Source: an uncultured Candidatus Rokubacteria bacterium (GTDB lineage: Bacteria > Methylomirabilota > Methylomirabilia > Rokubacteriales > CSP1-6). Taken from it: a DNA stretch of 64,000 bases. The notes under the pieces are model-generated. The model had not been told where the DNA came from and did no database searches. It saw only the letters and a list, made by a program, of their open reading frames with translations. This document shows, piece by piece, positions 1-10,900 of the stretch. Location: contig CAVYTA010000005.1 in NCBI GenBank assembly GCA_963771355.1, positions 480,001-544,000 on the forward strand, read 5' to 3'. The stretch's first letter is position 1, and the number at the start of each line of letters is the position of its first letter. Made by a program: the position numbers and the translations under genes.

Positions 1-598
1 TCACCAGCACGTGCCGCATCGCCGTCATGACGGCGACCGTGCTCTCGCCGCCGTCGCTGAACTGCGCATACAGCACCTGCTTGGTGGCGTCGTCCACGAC
101 GGCAAGCAGCGTGAGGTACTGCTCGGGCACCAGCGCGAGCCACCGATGGCGGCTGCCGTCGAGATGCAGCAACTCGCCAAAGCAGGGCCGCGGTTCCCGC
201 CGGCGGCGATGGCGGCCCCGGGCGCGGTGCTTGGTCACGAGGCCCGCGGTCTGCAGCGCCTTCTTGACGAAGGCGTAGCTGAACCGGACCCCGTGGTCCG
301 CCCGGGCCCGGCGCCAGAAGTGCCGGACGTTGAACCCGAGATACCGCTCGCGGTACAACCGCAGGACCCGCTCCACCTCAGCCACCGGCGCCCGCTTCGG
401 CGACGGCGTCCGGCAGCGCCGATCGAACAGATCCTCGATCCCCGACCGCTCGAACTTGTAGCGCATCCGCCGGATGCTGCGCGGGCTCCGGCCCAGGATG
501 TCCGCGGCCTGCAGCCAGGTGAGCTGCCCACTGAGAGCTCGTAATATGACCTCGTGCACCTTCATGGCGCGCTCCATGGCGCCGACGGGGTAGCCCAT
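1..598 (-). CDS. DDE transposase, IS1202/ISNCY-like (5' part only; not in ORF track)
   Basis: Manual translation from ATG598 with RBS GAGGAGG: MGYPVGAMERAMKVHEVILRALSGQLTWLQAADILGRSPRSIRR (HTH)...RRRREPRPCFGELLHLDGSRHRW...VVDDAT. Two of the DDE residues are present and the frame is open to the window edge. Confidence 0.88.
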   Translation of the reverse strand, partial: MGYPVGAMERAMKVHEVILRALSGQLTWLQAADILGRSPRSIRRMRYKFERSGIEDLFDRRCRTPSPKRAPVAEVERVLRLYRERYLGFNVRHFWRRARADHGVRFSYAFVKKALQTAGLVTKHRARGRHRRRREPRPCFGELLHLDGSRHRWLALVPEQYLTLLAVVDDATKQVLYAQFSDGGESTVAVMTAMRHVLV

Positions 599-693
599 GG
601 TCACCTCCTCGGTGACCTGTTCTCCCCCGGCGCCGGCTGGGCGCGGTCATTTCACGGTGTTCTCCCGAGCGGTCAAATCACGTATCCCCGACA
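1..693 (-). mobile_element. IS1202-family (former ISNCY) insertion sequence, left part; runs off the window start
   Basis: The minus strand starts TGTCGGGGATACGTGATTTGACCGCTCGGGAGAACACCGTGAAATGACCGC at 693. It has a 5'-TGT end, two copies of the sub-repeat CGTGA(T/A)(T/A)TGACCGC, and is followed by a transposase ORF. Confidence 0.8.
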
Positions 694-710
694 GGCTCCG
701 GATGTCCGGC

Positions 711-739
711 TTGACACCGACCCGGGGGCGGCCGACTAT
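711..739 (+). promoter_or_regulatory. putative sigma70 promoter of the amidohydrolase operon
   Basis: TTGACA-17 nt-GACTAT, upstream of RBS AAGGAG and ATG761. Confidence 0.5.
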
Positions 740-760
740 CGGGGGCCAAAGGAGCATGCC

Positions 761-1972
761 ATGAAAGACGGACTGCGCTTCGTCGACTGCGACATGCACA
801 TCATGGAGCCGCCCGACCTCTTCGACCGCTATCTCGATCCCCGGTTCAAGCATCGCGTCGGCGTCCTGGTGGGCGCCGACGGCCGGCCGCGACGGGGCCC
901 GAGCGGCGCCATCGTCATCGATGGAGTGCCGGCCGGCGACAGCGACCTCCAGCAGTATCGCAAGCGAACCCGGCCCGGGCCGACGCAGAGCAGCCAGCCC
1001 CTGTCGGGATCACGCCTGGCCGACACCGGGCACCTCAATTTCGCGATCACGCGCAACTACGACCCCGAGGCGCAGGTGATGGCCATGGCGATGGAGGGCG
1101 TCGACATCGCCGTCCTCTATCCGACCAGCGGCCTGTCGCTCATCGCGCGTGACAACATGGATCCCGAGCTGTCGCTGGCCCTGTGCCAGGCGTACAACAA
1201 CTGGATTCACGAGTTCTGCCGCTACAGTCCCGAGCGCCTCAAGTTCGTGGCGATGCTGCCGTTCCACGACGTGCACGTGGCCTGCCGCGAGCTGATCCGC
1301 TGCGTGCGCGAGCTCGGCGCGGTGGGCTCGTTCAACCGGCCGAACCTCGTGAATGGGCACTACTGGCACTCGAACTACTGGGACCCGCTCTACACGCTGC
1401 ACGAGGAGCTGGACGTGACGTGGGGCTTTCACGAGGGCACCGGGGCGCCCTACTCCCACATGAACACGCTGTACGGCGAGAATCGCTTCTACCGTCACGT
1501 CGCCAGCCACTGGATCGAGATGCAGCAGGCGTTGATCGCGATGATCATCGGCGGCGTGTTCGAATTCCATCCCAAGCTCCGCGTCGGCTTCCTCGAGGCG
1601 CAGAACTCCTGGGCGCCCGGGCTGCTCTCGCGCATCGAGTGGGACTATCCGCAGTACCGGGACTCGCACGCCCCCTATCTCTCGCTGACGCCGCGCGAGT
1701 ACTTCCGGCGCAACTGCTGGGCGGCGGTCGAGGGAAGCGAGCCGGAGATCGAGGCGACCGCCGGGCTCATCGGGGCCGATCGGATGTGCATCTCGACCGA
1801 CTATCCCCACTTCGACTCCAATTTCCCCCACGTCGCCGAGAACCTCTTGAAGAACGTCCCGCGCGAGATCGCCGCCCAGATCTTCATGGGGGGCGCGCAC
1901 CTCTACGGGTTCGGCGAGGAGCATTTCCAGAAGGCCGCGGCGGCGGTAAACGGAGGACGACATGGCGCCTGA
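761..1972 (+). CDS. amidohydrolase family protein (Amidohydro_2)
   Basis: DCDMH, FHEG and STDYPH metal-binding motifs; start reassigned to ATG761 on the basis of the RBS. Confidence 0.9.
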   Translation: MKDGLRFVDCDMHIMEPPDLFDRYLDPRFKHRVGVLVGADGRPRRGPSGAIVIDGVPAGDSDLQQYRKRTRPGPTQSSQPLSGSRLADTGHLNFAITRNYDPEAQVMAMAMEGVDIAVLYPTSGLSLIARDNMDPELSLALCQAYNNWIHEFCRYSPERLKFVAMLPFHDVHVACRELIRCVRELGAVGSFNRPNLVNGHYWHSNYWDPLYTLHEELDVTWGFHEGTGAPYSHMNTLYGENRFYRHVASHWIEMQQALIAMIIGGVFEFHPKLRVGFLEAQNSWAPGLLSRIEWDYPQYRDSHAPYLSLTPREYFRRNCWAAVEGSEPEIEATAGLIGADRMCISTDYPHFDSNFPHVAENLLKNVPREIAAQIFMGGAHLYGFGEEHFQKAAAAVNGGRHGA

Positions 1973-2339
1973 CAAGATCACGGTGGAGTTCCTGGATGCC
2001 TTCGCGCAGGCCTTCAACCGGCATGACGTGGCGGCGATCCTGGCCGACATGACCGAGGACTGCGTCTTCGAGGCGAGCGCGGGGCCCGACGTCTGCGGGC
2101 GGCGGTACGAGGGCCCGCACGAGGTCGGCAAGGCCTTCGCCGAGGTCTTCGAGACGTTCCCGGACGCGCAGTGGCGGGACGCCCGCCACTTCTTCGTGGG
2201 CGATCGGGGCCTCTCGGAGTGGATATTCAGCGGGACACGGGCGGATGGGACCCGGGTGGAAGTCACCGGCTGCGATGTGTTCACGTTCCGGGATGGCAAG
2301 ATCGCCGTGAAGAACTCGTACCGCAAGCAGCGGACGTAG
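1962..2339 (+). CDS. NTF2/SnoaL-like protein
   Basis: AFNRHD...DCVF...GCDVFTFRDGKI pattern; overlaps the upstream stop. Confidence 0.85.
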   Translation: MAPDKITVEFLDAFAQAFNRHDVAAILADMTEDCVFEASAGPDVCGRRYEGPHEVGKAFAEVFETFPDAQWRDARHFFVGDRGLSEWIFSGTRADGTRVEVTGCDVFTFRDGKIAVKNSYRKQRT

Positions 2340-2364
2340 CGGGCGCGGTGCGCCGGGCTCGCTG

Positions 2365-3847
2365 GTGACCGACCTCGCCGACCGCAGCGCCGTGGAGCTG
2401 GTGGCGGACGTGCGGGCGCGGAAGCTCGGCGTCCGCGATGTGGTGGCCGCGTGCCTGGCGCGGATCGAGCAGACCAACGGCGTCCTGAACGCCGTGTGCA
2501 CGCTGAACCCGGCCGCGCTGGCGGACGCCGAGGCGGCCGATCGCCGGCTCGCGGCCGGGACGCCGGCGCGCCCGCTCGAGGGGATTCCGTTCCTGGTCAA
2601 GGACGTCATCCCGACCCGCGGGCTCCGGACGACGTACGGCTCGAAGCTCCACGAGCACCTCGTCCCCGACGAGGATGCGGTCTCGGTGGAGCGGCTCAAG
2701 GCCGCCGGCGGGATCCTGCTCGGCAAGACCAACACGCCGGAGTTCGCGAGCCGACGTCTACACCACGAACGCGATCTTCGGCCCCACGCGCAATCCGTGG
2801 GATGCCCGCACCACCGCCGGCGGATCCAGTGGCGGATCGGGCGCGGCGGTGGCGGCCGGGATGGCGCCCCTCGCGCTGGGGACCGACTTCGGCGGCTCGG
2901 TCCGCTTGCCCGCCGCCTTCTGCGGCATCGTGGGTCTGCGTCCGGCCCCCGGCCGCATTCCCGTCTACCCGACGGACTTCGCCTGGGACACGCTTGTCGC
3001 GCACGTCCAGGGCCCGATGGCCCGAACCGTCGAGGACGCCGCGCTCATGCTTGCGGTGCTCGTGGGTTCCGACGATCGCGATCCGGCGTCACTTCCCGCC
3101 CAGGGCGTCGATTACGCCGCCGTGGGCCGAGCGGGCGCGGCGCTCGCCGGCCGGCGCTTTGCCTGGTGCGGTGACCTTGGCGGCCTCGTGCCCGTCGATC
3201 CCGACGTGATGCGGGTCACGCTTCAGACGGCACGCGCGCTCGAGGGGCTCGGCGCCATCGTGGAGGAGGTCGCGTTCGACGCGTCCGACCTGAAGGACAT
3301 CATCGCCGGGACCCGTGCCTTCGCGATGGTCGCGCGCTTCGGCGAGCTGGTCGAGGCCCACGGCGCGCGCATGGCGGAGGCGCTGGTGCGCCAGGTGACC
3401 GCCGCCCGCGCGTTCGACGTGAAGGCGGTGGCCCGGGCCGAGCGGATGCGCTCCGCGTACTACCAGCGCCTGCGGGTGCTGCTCGAGCGCTACGACCACG
3501 TGCTCACGCCGACCGCGGGCGTGCCCGCGTTCCGGATCGACCGCCCGCTGCCGACCGAGATCGGCGGCCGCCCGGTCGAGCGGTTCTACGATACGTTCCT
3601 CTTCACCTATGCGTTCAGCGTGACCGGGTTACCCGCCATCTCGGTCCCCTGCGGATTCACCGGGAGCGGACTTCCCGTCGGCCTCCAGATCGTCGGGCGG
3701 CGGCTGCGCGAGGACTCGGTGCTCGAAGCGGCGGCGGCGCTGGCGGCCGGGGCGCCCGACCACTACCGCCGGCCACCGCTGGACCGGCTCCCCGCCGCGC
3801 GCGACCTCCACGAAGAGCTCCGCACGTCCGGCTTCAGCCTCACCTGA
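2365..3847 (+). CDS. amidase (amidase-signature family), +1 frameshift near 2749
   Basis: KD...GKTNTPEF is in one frame and GGSSGGS...GTDFGGSVRLPA in the next; the span is 3n+1. Pseudogene or sequencing error. Confidence 0.85.
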
Positions 3848-4316
3848 CCCGCCACCCCTGCACGGCCAGCCGCAGGGCATACCACGCCATGAGCGCGAGC
3901 CCGATCGGCAGGCTCGCGAAGATGAAGCTCAGCGGAATCTCGATCGCCACGCCGAGCTGGGCGTGCACGTCGAGCGTGGTGCGGATCGAGGACGGCAGCA
4001 GCACGAGGCAGAACACGGCCACCAGCAGCCAGCGGAGCGTCTCCACGACCCGCCGCAGCCGGGGCCCCAGCCACGGCATGATGATCTCCACCGTGATGTG
4101 CTCGCGATCGCGCACGCTCCACGCGGCGGCGAGGAACGCCGTCCACGTCATCACGTAGCGCACGCCCTCTTCCGACCACGCCAGCGGCCGGTCGAAGAGG
4201 TAGCGCGCGAAGACCTGCAGGCTGGCCAGGATGACCAGCACCAGCATGCCGCTGGCGAGCACCCACTGCTTCAGCGAGGTGGGGGTGGCGGGCAGCTCGG
4301 GGTCGAGGCCTTCCAT
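3840..4316 (-). CDS. dctQ: TRAP transporter small permease
   Basis: QVFARY...WSEE...HITVE motifs, about 4 TM; it forms the tail of track ORF 3840..5618. Confidence 0.85.
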   Translation of the reverse strand: MEGLDPELPATPTSLKQWVLASGMLVLVILASLQVFARYLFDRPLAWSEEGVRYVMTWTAFLAAAWSVRDREHITVEIIMPWLGPRLRRVVETLRWLLVAVFCLVLLPSSIRTTLDVHAQLGVAIEIPLSFIFASLPIGLALMAWYALRLAVQGWRVR

Positions 4317-4327
4317 GGGCGGTGGGG

Positions 4328-5618
4328 TCAGTACCGGTTGGCCAGGAAGAGCACGGTCTGGGGGACGAACGCGACGAAGAGCACGATGGCCAGCAGCGCG
4401 ACCAGGAAGGGGATGGAGTCCCGCACGAACTCCGTCATGGTCGCGCCGGTGAGCTGGCAGGCGATGAACATGAGGACGCCGAAGGGCGGCGTGATGCCGC
4501 CGATCATCACCATGCAGATCATCACGATGCCGAAGTGGACGGGGTCCAGCCCGAGCGAGGCGGCCAGGGGAGCCAGGAACGGCGTCGTCATCACCAGGAT
4601 CGCCGTCGCGTCGAAGAAGCAGCCGAGGATGAGCAGCGCGAGGAGGATGAGGAGGAGGGCCACGTGGGGGTTGGTCCCCGAGCCCGCGGATCCAGTCCTC
4701 GATGAGCACGGGCAGCCGCTGGCGCGTGGCCAGGAGCCCGATGACGGAGCCGGTGGCGAGCATCATCAGGAACACGCCCATGGTGGTCGAGGCCCGCGCC
4801 AGGCAGCCGACCAGCGCGGCGAAGGACAGCTCGCGGTAGACCACGACGGCCAGCACCACCGAGTAGAGGACGGCGACCACCGACGCCTCCGTCGGCGTGA
4901 AGATGCCGGCCATCATGCCGCCGATGATGATCACCGGCGCCAGGAGCGAGGGCAGCGCCGCCAGGAACCGCACCCCGATCTCGCGCAGGGGGACGCGCGC
5001 GCCCGCGGGGTAGTTTCGCCGCCAGCTCATCCACCACACCGCGCCCATCATGGCGAAGCCCATCATGGTCCCGGGCACGATGCCGCCCACGAAGAGCTTC
5101 CCGACGGAGACCTCCGCGATGCTCCCGTAGAGGATGGCGGGGATGCTCGGCGGGATGATCGGGCCCACCACCGCCGACGAGGCGGTGACGGCGGCGACGA
5201 AGGCCCGGTCGTACTTGGCGTCGAGCATGGCCTTCACCTCGATGGCGCCCATGCCGGCCACATCCGCGACGGCGGAGCCGCTCATGCCCGAGAAGATCAT
5301 GCTGCCGACGACGTTGACGTGGCCGAGGCCGCCGCGCACGTGCCCCACCAGGCTGTCGGCGAAGCGGAAGATGCGCATGGTGATCTGGCTCGTGTTCAGG
5401 AGCTCGGCGGAGAGGATGAAGAACGGCACCGCGATCAGCAGGAAGGAATCCATGCTGTTCACGATCTTGATCGGCACCGCGGCCAGCGGCACGGTGCCGC
5501 TGACCGCGATGGCCACCAGGGCGGTGAGGCCGAGCGCGAAGGGCACCGGCACCGCGAGCAGGAGCAGGAAGAAGACGAACCCGCCGAAGATCAGGATGAG
5601 GCCGTCGTACGGCGTCAT
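4328..5618 (-). CDS. dctM: TRAP transporter large permease, +1 frameshift in a G4 run near 4676-4679
   Basis: SGSAVAD, IIPPSIP and FTPTEAS motifs; the C-terminal DPVHFG...ITPPFG lies in another frame. Confidence 0.85.
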
Positions 5619-5640
5619 CGGCGGCTCGCGCGCACCCCGC

Positions 5641-6621
5641 TTAGAGCCCGCGGATCTTGGCCAGCCAGGGCGCGTATTCCGGGAACTGCGCGTCCAGCGT
5701 CTTGATGCGCTCCCGGAACGGCGCGAGGTCCGGGGTCAGGACCTCCATGCCCTTCTTCTTGAACTCGTCGAGGAGCTGCGCCTGCTCCTTCGCCACGAAG
5801 TCGTTGTAGTGCTGCTCGGCCGGCACCACCGCCGCGCGGAAGGCGGCCTGGACGTCGGGGGGCAGCGCCTGGAACTTCTTGTCGTTGACCATGAAGGAGA
5901 AGAACCCGGCCGCGTGGTGGGTGAGCACGAGGTACTTGGTGACCTCGTAGATCTTCGCGTGGTAGGAGATCGCGAAGGGATTCTCCTGCGCGTCGATCAG
6001 CCCCTGCTTGAGGCCGAGGTAGACCTCGCCCCACACCATCGGGGTCGGGTTGGCACCGAGCGTCTTCCACGTCTCCATGAAGATCTTGGCCGGGGGCACG
6101 CGGATCTTGAGGCCCTTCACGTCGTCCAGGTTATTGATGGGCCGCTTCACGGTGGTGAGCTCGCGGTAGCCCCGGAAGAGGAGCCCGTTCAGCCGCACGC
6201 CGGTCTTGGCGCGGATCTGCTCGAACATGTCGGCGCCCACCTGGCCCCGGTAGGTCTTGAAGAAGTGGTCGGCGTCGCGGAAGAGGAACGGGTAGACGTG
6301 CAGCCCGGCCAGCGTGTCATAGCGGTCCAGCGCGTTCGGGTCCATGAGCTGGATGTCCTGCGTCCCCGCCCGCAGCGCCTGCGTCTGCTCGTCGTACTTG
6401 CCGAGCTGGTCGGCCGGATAGACCTCGACCACGTACTTGCCCTTGGTGAGCTTCTCGAACTCCTTGGCGAAGATCAGCGCGCTCTGGTGGCAGGGGTCGG
6501 TGGTCGGCGTGCTGTGGCCGAGCACGAGCTTGGTCTGCGCGTCGGCGGCGCTTGCGACGGCCAGGAGTCCGGCGACCACGGTCAGGGCGACGGCAGCGGC
6601 GGCGACACGATGAATGCGCAT
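5641..6621 (-). CDS. dctP: TRAP substrate-binding protein
   Basis: Signal peptide; GLKIRVP and GEVYLGLKQGLIDAQENP motifs. Confidence 0.92.
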   Translation of the reverse strand: MRIHRVAAAAVALTVVAGLLAVASAADAQTKLVLGHSTPTTDPCHQSALIFAKEFEKLTKGKYVVEVYPADQLGKYDEQTQALRAGTQDIQLMDPNALDRYDTLAGLHVYPFLFRDADHFFKTYRGQVGADMFEQIRAKTGVRLNGLLFRGYRELTTVKRPINNLDDVKGLKIRVPPAKIFMETWKTLGANPTPMVWGEVYLGLKQGLIDAQENPFAISYHAKIYEVTKYLVLTHHAAGFFSFMVNDKKFQALPPDVQAAFRAAVVPAEQHYNDFVAKEQAQLLDEFKKKGMEVLTPDLAPFRERIKTLDAQFPEYAPWLAKIRGL

Positions 6622-6792
6622 GAGGCTCCTCCTCAGAGATTCGTCGACGTCGGGACTCTATCACGCGGCCCGGGCTAGACGACGGGGTTTCGCAGCTAGA
6701 GCTGGGGTAGGGCTGGCGCCGACTCGCGTTTGCAGCTCGGGCGCGGTGACGATTCACCTCCCGTTCTTCCTCGCCGTATCGAACTCTGGACA

Positions 6793-6821
6793 TTGACGGT
6801 GTCGGGCGACATCTCTAGCAT
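6793..6821 (+). promoter_or_regulatory. sigma70 promoter of the WD40-RTX-T1SS operon, with an inverted repeat in the spacer
   Basis: TTGACG-17 nt-TAGCAT; the spacer contains TGTCG-GG-CGACA (6800-6811). Confidence 0.6.
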
Positions 6822-6862
6822 CCGCTCGTGATCGGCACACCGTGGAGCCGAAGGAGGAGCGG

Positions 6863-7969
6863 ATGACGAGCAAGGCGGCGACGAGAAGAGTCGGCGGACA
6901 CCACATCGCGTTCGCCACGCTCGTGATCGTTCTCCTGGGCTGGGCGGGGATAGGGGTCGAGCCCGCGTGGCTCAACATCGACGCGTTCCAGTTCTTCGCC
7001 AAGGCGGACGCGGACGCGCCTCGGCTCGTCCGCATGTTCGCTCACGACGGCGAGATCGGCGCCATCGCTTGGAGTCCGGATGGCGAGAGGATCGCCGCGG
7101 GGGGACAGCTCCATCGAGCGCTGATCATCTGGGACGCCCGGTCGGGTGCGCGGCTACACACGCTGGACAAGGAGGATGGGTCCATTACCTCGGTCCGGTG
7201 GAGCGGCGACGGGCGCTACCTGGCCGCGGGAAGGATGTTCACGGCGGCGACGCGGAGCCATGTGGCGATCAACGTCTGGGATGCGCAGACCGGTCGACGG
7301 GTCCATGGCTTTCTGGGGCCGGACCCGGCGCGGCCAGAAGCGAATGACGTGCGCAGTGGTGCGTTGGCCTTCTCCCCCGATAGCACCCTTCTTGCGGCAG
7401 GGCACGTGGGCGCGGTGTCGATCCATGAGGTCGTGACCGGAAAAAGGCTGCCGATCGCGAGGGGACACGTGTCGATTGGCAAGGTTGTCGCATTCACCGC
7501 GGACTCGAGGCTTGTGGTGACATCCGGTCCTGCGCACGGACCCGTCATCCAAGTATTTGACGCGATGTCGGGGATTCCGGTTCGATCCTTTACTGGTGGT
7601 GATCAATCCCCCTTTGCTTTGGCAGTACGGTCTGATGGGCTCGAGATCGCTTCGGCCAACTTCCAGCAGCCGGAGATCAGCGTCTGGGATACGGGTTCAG
7701 GTCGAATTGTGCGCATCTTGACCGGACACACCTGGCCAATCCGCGCCCTCGAATACAGCCGTGATGGTCGGTTCCTGGCATCCGCGGCTCCCGGTGGCGG
7801 CGTGATGCTCTGGGATGCGAAGACCGGGGCCCGCCTGTCGAGCCTGCCGAATCCTTCGGAGTACGTCGACTGTGTCGCGTTCAGTCCCGATGCCCGCTAT
7901 CTGGCCGCTCCATTCGAGCGGACAGTTCGCATCTGGGACATCTCAAACCTTCACTCGCGCCACGAGTGA
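6863..7969 (+). CDS. WD40-repeat beta-propeller protein with N-terminal membrane anchor/signal
   Basis: About 7 repeats such as AWSPDG..IA......LIIWD, GHTWPIRALEYSRDG and VRIWD; hydrophobic N-terminal segment; RBS AAGGAGG before ATG6863. Confidence 0.9.
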   Translation: MTSKAATRRVGGHHIAFATLVIVLLGWAGIGVEPAWLNIDAFQFFAKADADAPRLVRMFAHDGEIGAIAWSPDGERIAAGGQLHRALIIWDARSGARLHTLDKEDGSITSVRWSGDGRYLAAGRMFTAATRSHVAINVWDAQTGRRVHGFLGPDPARPEANDVRSGALAFSPDSTLLAAGHVGAVSIHEVVTGKRLPIARGHVSIGKVVAFTADSRLVVTSGPAHGPVIQVFDAMSGIPVRSFTGGDQSPFALAVRSDGLEIASANFQQPEISVWDTGSGRIVRILTGHTWPIRALEYSRDGRFLASAAPGGGVMLWDAKTGARLSSLPNPSEYVDCVAFSPDARYLAAPFERTVRIWDISNLHSRHE

Positions 7970-7986
7970 GCTAGGAGAGCCGAGCC

Positions 7987-10900
7987 ATGGCCAGCAACCT
8001 GGAATACGCGAAGCTGAGCGCCTATGTCTACAGCGACGGAGGGCCGGCGCGGCCACCGCTTCCACAGGATTGGGTTCCCGTCATGGGATCCAATGGGTTC
8101 CCGCTTCAATCGTGGGGTCCGAGCGGATACTACGGGGCGGTATTTCGCAATGTGGTGACGGGCGAGTACGTCCTTGCGTCGCGGGGAACCGAGATCAGCG
8201 ATCCCGGAGATCGCGCGGCCGACTGGGCGATGTTGAAGGGGCAAGCCCCGAGGGCTCAGCTCAACGATGCTGAAGCGCTGCTGGCTCGCGCAATAGAAGA
8301 GGGCGTGCCGATAGCGAGTCTAACGTACACCGGCCACTCGCTGGGGGGAACGCTCAGCCAGCTTCTGTCGACGGGGAGCATGCGCCCGGCAGTGACATTC
8401 AATGCGGCCCCTGCGCGGGACTTGCTTCCGCAGCTGGGACGCGACCCGGACCGGCAGTATCCGATCGTCGACATCGTCGATCCGGCCGATCCGATTGCGT
8501 CCCTGGGCCGACATCTGGGGACGCGAATTCTGCTCGCGGCGGATTCATTCACTCTCTCGCCGGCCATGATGGCCTTGTACCTGGGCTCGGACCGAGGCGG
8601 GGGCGGGGGCTTCGTCACCATTGCCATGGAGGCGCGGGCGGCCCACTCCATCGACAGCGTGGCCAGAAAGCTCGATGCCGCCTGTTCCATCAACCCGTGT
8701 CCGGTGATCCTCGATCTCGACGGCGATGGGGTGGAGACGCGATCGGTTCAGTCCGCTTCGTTCTTCGACCACAATGCGGACGGATTCGCGGAGCAAACCG
8801 GCTGGGTCGGGGCGGATGACGGTCTGCTGGTCCTGGATCGAAATGGAAACGGGCGGATCGACTCAGGGCGGGAGCTCTTCGGCAATCACACTCTTCTGGC
8901 CAGCGGCATGGAAGCGCAGAACGGCTTCCAGGCGCTTGGCGCGCTGGACACGAACGGGGACGGGAGGGTGGACTCGAACGACCCGGCATTCACCCAGCTT
9001 CGTATCTGGCGTGACGGGGATGGAGACGGTGTCAGTGTTCCCGGCGAGCTGGCCACGCTGTCGGCCTCCGGTGTCCAGTCGATCTCGACCGGTTACGCGG
9101 AGGCGAGTGCGGTCGATCCGCAAGGCAACACGCACCGTCAGGTCGGCTCCTTCACCCGGACGAACGGCACCCAGAGCGTCGCCACGGACGTGTGGTTCAG
9201 CGCGGCCCCTCAGCACACCATTGCCAAGGACTGGATACTGTTGCCTCCGCACATCGCGGAGCTGCCGGTGGCACCGGGGTTCGGGACGGTGCGGGACCTG
9301 AGTCAGGCCATGGTGCGGGACTCGAGCGGCGCTCTGGAAGGGCTCGTCAGGAGCTTCATGTCCCAGACCGACCCTGCGCAGCGCGCGACGACTCTCGAGC
9401 AGATACTGTTCGCCTGGACGGGGACGACGGGTGTCGACCCCTCGAGTCGGGGTTCTCTCATGGACGCTCGGCGGCTTGCGGTCCTCGAGGCGTTCGCGGG
9501 CCGCCCGTTCTTGAATGGATTCGGGCCCAACCCGACCGAGCCGGCGGTGCCTCCGCTCATGGAGGCGTATACGGAGGTGCGCGAGCTCGTCTACGCGGAG
9601 CTGATGCTTCAGACGCACCTGAAGCCGTTGGATGCGCTCATCACCTACGCGTGGGATCCGGTGACCAGGAGCTCACGCGGCGACCTCGCTGCGGTGGCCA
9701 CCGCTCTCGAGGCCCGGCTGGCGCAGGATCCGGCTGGCGGACGGGCGCTGCTCGGCGAGTTCGCGCGGGCCGTCCGTGCGTTGGATGGCGAGGAGACGCT
9801 CGGCTACTGGGCCTTCCGGGATCGCTTGGCGCAGCGTGGCGGGGATCTTCTCTGGGTCATGGATTCTGCGGGCCGGCCGGTGGTCGGAGGCTCCGGCGGC
9901 GGGGAGACGCTCAATGGGACAAACGAGGCCGACGCGCTTCAGGGGGGCGCGGGGGCCGACACTCTCGCCGGCAGGCTCAATGGCGACACGCTGCACGGAG
10001 ACGCGGGCGCGGACGTCCTTTACGGCGAAGACGGGGACGATCACCTGGTGGGCGGAGCCGACGACGACCAGCTGTACGGCGGGGCCGGCGACGACCGGTT
10101 GGAAGGTGGAATTGGTAACGACGACGTGAGCGGTGAGAACGGTAACGACACCCTGGTCGGTGGTGACGGCGACGATCGGCTCGGCGGTAATGATGGTGAC
10201 GACGTTCTTCATGCCGGGCCCGGGCGAGACACCCTGGACGGCGGCCGGGGTAGTGATGTCTATGTGCTCGGGCGGAGTACCGGTCAGGCAACGATCAAAG
10301 ACAACGATTGGGCCTTTCCCGCCACGGACGTGATTCGTGTCGAGACCGGGATTACGCCCAAGGAGGTGATGGCCGCCCGGGACGGGGTCGATCTCGTGCT
10401 TCGCGTGGTGGGAAGTCCGACGGAACTGCGCCTGCACTGGTGGTTCAACGAAGGCTTCGGCTACGAGTACCAGGTGCAGCGAGTGGAGTTCACGGACGGC
10501 ACGGTGTGGACCACCGACACCCTCCGGGACCTGGTCACGCGAGGCACCGAGGGCCCGGACAGCATCACCGGATTCGGTACTTCCGATGTTCTGCGCGGAC
10601 TGGGGGGTGACGATACCCTCGCCGGGGCCGGTGGTGACGACCGTCTGGAAGGCGGCACCGGCAAGGACACGCTCTACGGAGAGAGCGGCAACGACACATT
10701 GCTGGGCGGACCCGGGGACGACGCGCTGGACGGCGGCCTGGACAGCGACACGTATCAGTTCGCCCGCGGGTTCGGGCGAGACACCATCTACGACAACGAC
10801 TGGTGGCGGCCCAGCCTCGATCGCGTCGTGTTCGAGGCGGGGGTGACGCCCGCGGATGTTACCGGGACGAAGGATGGCTCTGACCTTCTGCTCCGCCTCT

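Noticed and set aside
11..544. 177-aa plus-strand ORF and the 5' extension of ORF 554..1972
   Set aside because: These are antisense shadows of the transposase and IS end; the amidohydrolase starts at ATG761.
3840..5618. Apparent DctM-DctQ fusion protein (592 aa)
   Set aside because: It results from the +1 frameshift; the true dctM C-terminus is in another frame and dctQ has its own ATG.
6714..6734. sigma54-like TGGCGC...TTGCA upstream of the WD40 gene
   Set aside because: The GG-GC spacing is 15 nt rather than 10.
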